IMG/VR virus record: IMGVR_UViG_3300027790_000042
Coordinates: 1-42,281 of that record
Source of the DNA: a virus
Lineage: Duplodnaviria > Caudoviricetes
Length of the DNA: 42,281 nucleotides
Strand: one strand, 5' to 3'
A program made the translations under genes and the position numbers. The notes beneath the pieces are model-generated. The model saw only the letters and a program-made list of their open reading frames with translations. It did not search any database and had not been told where the DNA came from. Of the stretch, positions 26,480-32,998 are shown one piece after another; within the stretch, counting starts at the first letter, position 1, and each line of letters begins with the position of its first letter.

Positions 26480-26895
26480 TTCTTTGTCCTCCTCGTTGCT
26501 GGTTTCTTTTTGGCTGTGGCACGCTTCCGCGGTTTTGATTTCTTCTTTGGGTCCTCTTTCGGGAGGTCCGTTAGGTCTGTGACTAGGTTCTGCGCGACCT
26601 TAAGCAACTCTTCGTCACTTAGTTCCGCGTATGGGTTGTCTGTGGAGGTGACGTCTACCTCCGCCTTTATGTTCTGGGCAGGGAGTCCGCATAAGTACCC
26701 GGACAGCCATTTGCGTGCAGCGGCGTTTCCCTTCTGCGCGTCTTTAAGCGCCTGTCGGATAACCTTCTTCCACTCGTCTATTGTGACAGCATCGTGGAAA
26801 GCCTTCTGGTAGGCACGTTCGCGGGACACGGGCGGGCGTCCTTTGCTGCACCCGTGTCCCTTGGCGAATGTTCCATCTGGGTTGTGATCGGCCAT
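26476..26895 (-). CDS. terS: Putative terminase small subunit
   Basis: DGTFAKGH...GRP N-terminal motif, AQKGNAAARKWL, LSDEELLK; GGAGG SD; upstream of terL. Confidence 0.7.
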   Translation of the reverse strand: MADHNPDGTFAKGHGCSKGRPPVSRERAYQKAFHDAVTIDEWKKVIRQALKDAQKGNAAARKWLSGYLCGLPAQNIKAEVDVTSTDNPYAELSDEELLKVAQNLVTDLTDLPKEDPKKKSKPRKRATAKKKPATRRTKK

Positions 26896-26913
26896 GCTAC
26901 CTCCCTAGCAGGA

Positions 26914-27333
26914 TTACAGAACGCCAGCGGCGGCTTGCTTGATAACCTCGAAACCGAAAATAAACGTACCGTCGAATGCGGCGGAAGCGTGTCGGTTTTC
27001 GAGGATGATATCGAAGGACCCCGCTCCGGGGACACCATAGAAGACTTCGGTACCTTCATCGCTGGTACCGCCTTGCCTCCATACCCGGAGGAGATCCGTA
27101 GCAGCGCACTGCGCGCATGTAATGTCCAGGGACACGGCTGCGCCGGCGGCTGTGGTCAGGGCCTCGGTAGTAATGAGACCCGCCCGGGCATTAATGGTCC
27201 CGGCGTTGGATACGAGGGTAACCGCTTGCGTATCGAATTCGAGGATCGCGTCTTCCTCGAACCGGACCTTTCCGGAGGACTCCACCTCCAACAGGTTGGC
27301 TCCGAGATCGTCGTTCTTTTCACTGTAGGGCAT
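26914..27333 (-). CDS. Putative virion structural / decoration protein
   Basis: Small-residue beta-rich sequence (AGLITTEALTTAAGAA, PGAGSFDI, FDGTFIFGFEV); strong SD TAGGAG. Confidence 0.55.
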   Translation of the reverse strand: MPYSEKNDDLGANLLEVESSGKVRFEEDAILEFDTQAVTLVSNAGTINARAGLITTEALTTAAGAAVSLDITCAQCAATDLLRVWRQGGTSDEGTEVFYGVPGAGSFDIILENRHASAAFDGTFIFGFEVIKQAAAGVL

Positions 27334-27355
27334 AATGTATTTTCTCCTATCTGTA

Positions 27356-27384
27356 GTATATCTAAGTTCAACTATATGGGAAAC
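27356..27384 (-). promoter_or_regulatory. Possible promoter upstream of the packaging/structural operon
   Basis: TATACT -10 with a poor -35 (TTTCCC) at 17-bp spacing; the spacer contains AGTTGAAC, also present in the early leaders. Confidence 0.35.
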
Positions 27385-27393
27385 CGCAGCAGG

Positions 27394-27906
27394 TCACATA
27401 CCTTGCTCTGCGGCGTAAAGTTCGGAGAGCTGCGCGTGCAGTAGTCCAATCGCCTCCCGGTGTCCATAAGAACGTCCCCCATGCTGCGCGCTCTTATACT
27501 CCCAAGACCTTACTACAGCGTCCTTAAGGGTAGAGCACAGAACACCGGCCGAAACTGTCTCCACTACCAACCGCACCATAGCGGCGGGGGATTTCTGGGC
27601 GGCGGTGGCCATAAGGGGATCGCACCCGGGGCAGGACCCACATTTCGCGGACACCAGAAGCACCGTCCCGTCTTTGGCTCGGTACGCTGCGGTCTGGTGT
27701 CCTATGTAGGTGTCCTCAGACGCTTCGGCAATATTGGTGAACTCGGCGTCCATAAACTGTGCGAGGAGGGTGTCCCACGCTGGGATCATACCCTCCGCCG
27801 AAAGGTCCTCCAGTATGTCCGGGTGTGCGGTATAAGTAGAGGACACGTATTCAAGCATCTCTTGTGAGGCGACCTGTAATAGGTCTATAAACTTGGCAGT
27901 GTTCAT
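27394..27906 (-). CDS. Hypothetical protein with CGSCPGCD motif
   Basis: ORF fills the gap; ATG 27906 follows the stop of the upstream 40-aa ORF. Confidence 0.7.
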   Translation of the reverse strand: MNTAKFIDLLQVASQEMLEYVSSTYTAHPDILEDLSAEGMIPAWDTLLAQFMDAEFTNIAEASEDTYIGHQTAAYRAKDGTVLLVSAKCGSCPGCDPLMATAAQKSPAAMVRLVVETVSAGVLCSTLKDAVVRSWEYKSAQHGGRSYGHREAIGLLHAQLSELYAAEQGM

Positions 27907-27913
27907 GTGGTAC

Positions 27914-28036
27914 CTACAGGTTGAAAATGCCAAGCGTCTGGAGTACCCCGCTGAAAAACCAAACGAGCCACACTTCCAAGCTCGCTAGTACAGCAGTGAC
28001 ACTGTCAATAACCTCGGTAAATAGTTCACTAAGCAT
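27914..28036 (-). CDS. 40-aa hydrophobic membrane peptide (not in ORF track)
   Basis: AAGGAG SD; MLSELFTEVIDSVTAVLASLEVWLVWFFSGVLQTLGIFNL. Confidence 0.7.
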   Translation of the reverse strand: MLSELFTEVIDSVTAVLASLEVWLVWFFSGVLQTLGIFNL

Positions 28037-28060
28037 GTTGACTTACTCCTTCAATAGTTA

Positions 28061-28220
28061 GGCGAGCCGGGTGTCGACGTCCAATCCAGTGGGGCAGTCA
28101 ATCCCACAAAACACCCGACCCGCCGTCGCGGTCGCCGCCTCTTTACGAGGAAACGTCTTATAAACTCTGAAACTTTCGTTCGCACCTCCTTTGGAGTCAT
28201 CGTCGCTGCCTTGACGACTC
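28061..28220 (-). ncRNA. Candidate structured RNA / leader
   Basis: 14-bp stem 28061-28074/28111-28124 with an internal GTGGG/CCCAC stem, and 8-bp stem 28194-28201/28213-28220; all three stem mismatches are G-U on the minus strand. Confidence 0.35.
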
Positions 28221-28282
28221 TTACCATTTAGATGCCTATCAACCTATACTATAGCCATATCAAACCCCACTTTGTAAAGCCT

Positions 28283-28314
28283 AAAAAAAGGCGCCCCGTA
28301 AGTAACGGGACGCC
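28283..28314 (-). terminator. Rho-independent terminator
   Basis: GGCGTCCCGT-TACTT-ACGGGGCGCC-TTTTTTT on the minus strand after stop 28326. Confidence 0.88.
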
Positions 28315-28325
28315 AACGACTTAGG

Positions 28326-29045
28326 CTACCTGCGCCTAATAGCCTTCTTTCTTTTCACAGGGACTTTTTTTCGTAGTTTTTCAAAAAGTCCGGTTTCCCA
28401 CTTGGACCACGGGAGCCACTTTCCACGGGTGTCCAAACTGGTAATAACTCCGACTGCCGTCTGCTCTGTATCGAAGTTCTGCCCACGTATCACCATTCCC
28501 CCTTCCCCTACCTCCACGTATAGCGGGGCTATGTCTCCTTTCCCGGGACACGCCGTATCCATGGCACGCAGCAGGGTAACCAAGTCCGTCCGATTCACTG
28601 CCACCTTTAGCGTGCAACCCTTGTGCACACCGTGTACCACATTACGCCACTGAATGAACGGGTCTTGCCGTGGGAACCCTCCGGTAGTCGTCGGGTCTCC
28701 TTTCTCGTCTACCGTGGTAAACCCTACCCGGTGAATGTCCCGGAGGCGAGTCATGCACAGGTGCATTAAGTGGAGCTTCTTCACCTTGGACATATTCTTC
28801 TGGATCTTACGTACCAGATCCACAGGTATCATAAAACCACGTGCGGGCGGCTCCAACGGCTCGCACACCTCCTCCGGGAACTGACTCCGTTCTTCATTGG
28901 TAGGAGACACCGCCAGCAAGATCTTCCCATTACACCCTACAGTAGCGCCGTCCTGCTCGAACTGTACTCCGTAGAGGTTCCGTTCATACGAGTCTTTCGA
29001 AGCGACATCCGCGCACGCTAGATTAGCAATCGAAAATATTTTCAA
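28326..29045 (-). CDS. DNA polymerase III beta-clamp-like protein (about two clamp domains)
   Basis: ASKDSYERNLYGVQFE...VGCNGKILL, FMIPVDLV, PFIQWRNVV and VAVNRTDL echo DnaN motifs; TTG start with AGGAG SD overlapping the upstream TGA. Confidence 0.55.
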   Translation of the reverse strand: MKIFSIANLACADVASKDSYERNLYGVQFEQDGATVGCNGKILLAVSPTNEERSQFPEEVCEPLEPPARGFMIPVDLVRKIQKNMSKVKKLHLMHLCMTRLRDIHRVGFTTVDEKGDPTTTGGFPRQDPFIQWRNVVHGVHKGCTLKVAVNRTDLVTLLRAMDTACPGKGDIAPLYVEVGEGGMVIRGQNFDTEQTAVGVITSLDTRGKWLPWSKWETGLFEKLRKKVPVKRKKAIRRR

Positions 29046-29296
29046 CTGTTTTTCTCCTTCTTGGTTTTTGCCTTCTGTACCTTCTTGAGGCACTTAGGGC
29101 ACACTGTCTTTAAGAATCCGGGACTCATGCTTTCCTTAGGAGCCGGAGTACGTACCAGCTCCCATCCCTTAGGGATGCGCTTCCCAAACTTCCACAGGTC
29201 ATCCATAGGGTGTGCATCCGTAACCGTAGTCTCATGGCACGCTTCGCAACCCTCCACGTCGCAGGTAAACCGGGCGACAACATTGAACTTTATCAT
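29042..29296 (-). CDS. Small Zn-finger protein
   Basis: FTCDVEGCEAC...PKGW...VCPKC; ATGA-coupled. Confidence 0.75.
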   Translation of the reverse strand: MIKFNVVARFTCDVEGCEACHETTVTDAHPMDDLWKFGKRIPKGWELVRTPAPKESMSPGFLKTVCPKCLKKVQKAKTKKEKNS

Positions 29297-29652
29297 ACTT
29301 TCCCCTTCCCAATATTAAGAAGGTTGAAAGCACTTACATACGCTGTCTCCCCGTGGTCCTGTAACCACTCCTCCAACTTAGCCACAGAGAACCCCTTCCC
29401 TCCTCGCAACTCTTCGTCTTCTGGGAGAGGGGTATAGTCTACGAGTCCCTGTCCCTTGGCATAGGCCATACGACAGCGCATGGACTGTATCACTATCCGG
29501 GTCATAGCCACTTCCCGCGCCTCCAACCCTCGAAGCGAATTGCACTCCCCATTTTCGAGGAATAGTGCCTGTCTCCGCAACCTGTCCAGGTCCTCTAGTA
29601 GTTCGATCTTCCCGTAGTCTTTCACTTTGACTTTGTCTAGCAGCAAATCCAT
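29293..29652 (-). CDS. Hypothetical protein
   Basis: AAGGA SD; TAATG coupling. Confidence 0.7.
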   Translation of the reverse strand: MDLLLDKVKVKDYGKIELLEDLDRLRRQALFLENGECNSLRGLEAREVAMTRIVIQSMRCRMAYAKGQGLVDYTPLPEDEELRGGKGFSVAKLEEWLQDHGETAYVSAFNLLNIGKGKV

Positions 29653-29816
29653 TATTTGTCCTTTCTGTTACGGCGTCTCCTACGTAACGCCTTTGTAATA
29701 CTGTCCAGTATCTCCGGGAGCATCGCCACGGTGACAACTAGAGACACGATTATCAGACCTCCCGCAGCCGACAGACACACTAGCCCGATCCTGAGAAAAA
29801 TATCATTTGTCTCCAC
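29652..29816 (-). CDS. 54-aa single-TM protein with basic tail (not in ORF track)
   Basis: GTG start; METNDIFLRIGLVCLSAAGGLIIVSLVVTVAMLPEILDSITKALRRRRRNRKDK; stop coupled to the next ATG. Confidence 0.65.
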   Translation of the reverse strand: METNDIFLRIGLVCLSAAGGLIIVSLVVTVAMLPEILDSITKALRRRRRNRKDK

Positions 29817-30447
29817 TAAACGCCCTTTCCACTGTGTCTACAAAATGCGCTTGCATAATACTCCAACCGCAATCATTTTTGTGTTTCCGGGATATGGTAT
29901 TAAGTGGGAGGGGTGAAAACGACATAGAAACGCTGTCTGTATCTCGGAGTAGTACAGTGAACCCTTCCCCCTCTCCGGGACCCTCGCACCACAGGTACAA
30001 GAACGTATTCAAGCAGTGTTTACAGGTAACATGCAGCCGGAGACGTACATTGTGGTGCTCCGATACTCCACCATACATCGTCTGGAACCGTACCTGTAGT
30101 CCATAAGAGGATATGTCAAATACTCGCTGAACAAAATACTCGGGAGAGAACACCCGGTAGAACTCTTGTCTGAGTCCCGGGTAGGCTTCCTCCCACAAAA
30201 CCATTTTGAAAATGGAGTGGGAGCCCCGCTCTTCCCATAACGGGGTATCGTCGTCGAAATCCTCCGGACCACTTATACCAGACCATAGGTTCATCCGAAC
30301 AACCTTCCAAAGCGAGACACCTGCATGCAGTGCTCGGTAATAGACTGTGCCGCAATGAACGTCGCATACCCTACAGTAGCCTCCCCGATTACCCGGTGCC
30401 ACTTGGTACGTTCCAATGTAATATTGATCCGGTGTTGGAGTAGCCAT
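29803..30447 (-). CDS. Hypothetical Cys-containing protein
   Basis: 214-aa ORF with CRVC and CKHC; start uncertain because it overlaps the upstream ORF by 157 nt. Confidence 0.55.
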   Translation of the reverse strand: MATPTPDQYYIGTYQVAPGNRGGYCRVCDVHCGTVYYRALHAGVSLWKVVRMNLWSGISGPEDFDDDTPLWEERGSHSIFKMVLWEEAYPGLRQEFYRVFSPEYFVQRVFDISSYGLQVRFQTMYGGVSEHHNVRLRLHVTCKHCLNTFLYLWCEGPGEGEGFTVLLRDTDSVSMSFSPLPLNTISRKHKNDCGWSIMQAHFVDTVERAFSGDK

Positions 30448-30587
30448 GCTTCCATATACGGTTCAGAACGACACCTCCCACCTATACGCAGCTCCCCTGT
30501 GGTCATGTCATACCTGAGACCGAACACACACTCCGGACTGTCCTCTGGCATTACGGTGAATTTTAAGTATTGCTTTCTGTATCCCAT
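30291..30587 (-). CDS. Hypothetical protein (98 aa)
   Basis: ATG 30587 with GAGG SD downstream of a long hairpin. Confidence 0.5.
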   Translation of the reverse strand: MGYRKQYLKFTVMPEDSPECVFGLRYDMTTGELRIGGRCRSEPYMEAWLLQHRINITLERTKWHRVIGEATVGYATFIAAQSITEHCMQVSRFGRLFG

Positions 30588-30636
30588 ATCTAAACCTCTA
30601 GCTTTCGGCTGCAACCACATTTGAATTTCAAAAGGA

Positions 30637-30708
30637 ACGACATTTCGTACCCTAGGACATAGGGAGTCCCCCGTAGGGGGACCCCTATGTCCGGGTACTA
30701 AATGCCGT
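30637..30708 (-). other. Long imperfect intergenic hairpin (~30 bp)
   Basis: Nested stems ACG/CGT, CATTT/AAATG, GTACCC/GGGTAC, GGACATAGGG/CCCTATGTCC, GTCCCCC/GGGGGAC. Confidence 0.75.
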
Positions 30709-30738
30709 AGCCCTTGTGATATTAATATACTCGCACCC

Positions 30739-31470
30739 CTATTCATTCCGCTCACTGTCAATCCAGGTCTGCCCGAGTCCCAACTTATTCACACTCGGCG
30801 TATTCTGGTTATCAAGGCGCTGTACACCTCCGACTTCGTCCCAACTGGGTAATTTCTCCCTGCTAGTGTCCGCCGGTGTGTCTTCTGGGAGAGGGGCGAG
30901 ATCCGCGCCTATCTCCTCGTCCGTTCCTTCTTCTCGCATAGCCACCTCCACCATACCGGGGAGCCAATCTGTCGTGGTTCCAGATTGCGGGGCTCTGTGG
31001 ACCTCTGTACGGGGTTTCTCTAGTACTACCCCTTCGGATGTACATCTCGGCCAAAGAACTCGCCAGTACGCCCCATTTGCGGCCGTATTTTCGCGGTTCA
31101 AAAGTCTCCACTCCCGTTCTAGGCAGTCCCAGAGCACCTCATAAGTATTCAGACCACGGTTTACCCGATTGAGTATGGACACCATTTGCGGTCCTTTGCG
31201 GAATATCTCCAGATCTGGGATAGGCTCCAATGAGGTGCGCCGGTCTGTATGCGCCTGTATTGGATACTGTGGGGAGAATATCACTACGTCTCCGTTAGAC
31301 CCACCGAACACGGGAGAACCATCCACCTCCCCCAGAAGTACGGAGTGTTCCAGATTCAAGTGAATAACCCGACAATACCCTACCCGGTCCGGGTGTTGTA
31401 CATGGGTCACTTCTGAGAAAACTTCGGCGCGCTTTGTCGATTTTGAATTTCGTGTTTCCATTTTGCACAC
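30739..31470 (-). CDS. Hypothetical protein downstream of the dpdA pair
   Basis: 243-aa ORF; AAGGAG SD (start at 31470 or 31461). Confidence 0.7.
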   Translation of the reverse strand: MCKMETRNSKSTKRAEVFSEVTHVQHPDRVGYCRVIHLNLEHSVLLGEVDGSPVFGGSNGDVVIFSPQYPIQAHTDRRTSLEPIPDLEIFRKGPQMVSILNRVNRGLNTYEVLWDCLEREWRLLNRENTAANGAYWRVLWPRCTSEGVVLEKPRTEVHRAPQSGTTTDWLPGMVEVAMREEGTDEEIGADLAPLPEDTPADTSREKLPSWDEVGGVQRLDNQNTPSVNKLGLGQTWIDSERNE

Positions 31471-32225
31471 AACTCCTTTTCTAGTTTGAGTCCGGAAATC
31501 ACATTCATAGGGATCGCTGCCCGGGCCTCGGCTCCACGTATACGCCCGAAACCTTTAGCGGCTCCGGACAGGTCACAGTCCCACCGACCCCAACGAGGTC
31601 CCCCGGTAATCCAAGAGGTAGAGTCTGCGGATTGGAATGGGTATTTCTGGAGGAGGGGTTCCGAGGCGTACCCGAATGAATGGAACTTGTGTGGGTATGC
31701 GTAGTTGAATACGGAATCCCGCCAGTGGGTACGTGCGGCGCGGGTAGGGGCGTTCATACTCCCTAGTCCAACCTTCTCCCACTGCTGGCAATACTTGCGC
31801 AGGTACTTAAGAGGTTCCCCATAGTGGAACACCGGTACTACATTCACACCTTGGCGTTCCATTTCCATGGCGTTCTCGTAGGAGGCTTTCGCGTCCCCAA
31901 TGACGTCCAAGGCTACTACCTCGGTGAAATATTTCGCAAATGGTCCCTCCAACACATACGCGATATATGCGTCGAGGGAAACGGTCCCCTCCACATTCCA
32001 GACGGTGTACGCTCCAGAGTCCAACATAATCCCCGGTGCGTCCTTTAACGAGAACCGGGAGAACAGTTCGTCGAAGTGGTTATGGTACGCAAAGGAAATG
32101 AGGACGTGCATGGGGTTCCGTACGTGGTCCCAGTCGAACAGACTGCTTTCACTCGGCGTGAGTCCCGCCATGTACAAGGTGAACTCCTCCGTCGCACTTA
32201 CAGATTTCTTAATTCGTTTTGCCAT
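31407..32225 (-). CDS. dpdA: DpdA-like TGT-fold DNA-guanine transglycosylase, paralog 2
   Basis: MLDSGAYT, ALDVIGD, PVFHYGE, VGLG, HKFHSFG, PFQSADSTSW; preQ0 pathway in the same genome. Confidence 0.82.
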   Translation of the reverse strand: MAKRIKKSVSATEEFTLYMAGLTPSESSLFDWDHVRNPMHVLISFAYHNHFDELFSRFSLKDAPGIMLDSGAYTVWNVEGTVSLDAYIAYVLEGPFAKYFTEVVALDVIGDAKASYENAMEMERQGVNVVPVFHYGEPLKYLRKYCQQWEKVGLGSMNAPTRAARTHWRDSVFNYAYPHKFHSFGYASEPLLQKYPFQSADSTSWITGGPRWGRWDCDLSGAAKGFGRIRGAEARAAIPMNVISGLKLEKELCAKWKHEIQNRQSAPKFSQK

Positions 32226-32998
32226 TGTAGACCTATCTCCTTTTCGATGCGTAGTGCGTGGGCGATCTCAAGTTTAGCGGCGTCGTAGGCTCCGCCCTTT
32301 CGAGCCTTAAAGTTTTCTCGCATACCGCCAAGGGATTTCCATTGTCCCCAACGCATACCACCTGTCAGGTAGGCGCTGGAGTCTGCTGAGTAGAACGGGT
32401 ATTGTCGGAGCAGGTCTTCTGAGGCCCATCCAAACGAATGGAACTTGTGCGGCCAGCACTCCTGAAAGCACTTGGAGATAAACCACTTCTTTTCCTTAAA
32501 CGTCCTGCCGGAGGTAGCGGCGAGACCTACGACCTCGAATTCGTCGCAGTATTTATGTAGGAGACTCCAGTCTTCCCCGCAGTGGAATACCGGTAGAGGG
32601 TCTATCCCCTGTCTCTGCATCTCTTTGGAATTCTCATAGGAGGCTTTCGGGTCTCCAATGACATCCAGGGCGGTAACGACGTCCCACCGGCGATCCCTGT
32701 GCGGACCCTCCTGTATCCAAGAGATGTATTTATCAAGGGAGATTTCCTTCCCTTGCGTGTACGCCGTGAACGCTCCAGAGTCGAGGAATAATTTCCTCCC
32801 GGCGAACTTAAATTCTACCAGTAGTTTGTCAATCCAATTCGGGTATGCGTAGGAAACTAGCACACTCGCTGGAAGTCTATCCCACTCGAACCCTCTGTAG
32901 ACTGGGACCGACTCCCCAGCGAGGTACAGAGTGAATTCGTACTCATACTCCTTTACGGCGGGAGACTTTCTTTTTCTTTTTTGGTTCTTTGGTGCCAT
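32198..32998 (-). CDS. dpdA: DpdA-like TGT-fold DNA-guanine transglycosylase, paralog 1
   Basis: FLDSGAFT, ALDVIGD, PVFHCGE, VGLA, HKFHSFG, PFYSADSSAY. Confidence 0.82.
   Translation of the reverse strand: MAPKNQKRKRKSPAVKEYEYEFTLYLAGESVPVYRGFEWDRLPASVLVSYAYPNWIDKLLVEFKFAGRKLFLDSGAFTAYTQGKEISLDKYISWIQEGPHRDRRWDVVTALDVIGDPKASYENSKEMQRQGIDPLPVFHCGEDWSLLHKYCDEFEVVGLAATSGRTFKEKKWFISKCFQECWPHKFHSFGWASEDLLRQYPFYSADSSAYLTGGMRWGQWKSLGGMRENFKARKGGAYDAAKLEIAHALRIEKEIGLQWQNELRNL

Noticed and set aside
28170-28205. GATGA-stem-GAAA resembling a hammerhead ribozyme core
   Set aside because: It lacks the CUGANGA consensus and the flanking stems I and III.
32857-32946. ATG at 32946 (ATGA overlap with the primase stop) as the dpdA start
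   Set aside because: It is out of frame with the DpdA motifs and closes after 29 codons; in-frame ATG 32998 was used instead.
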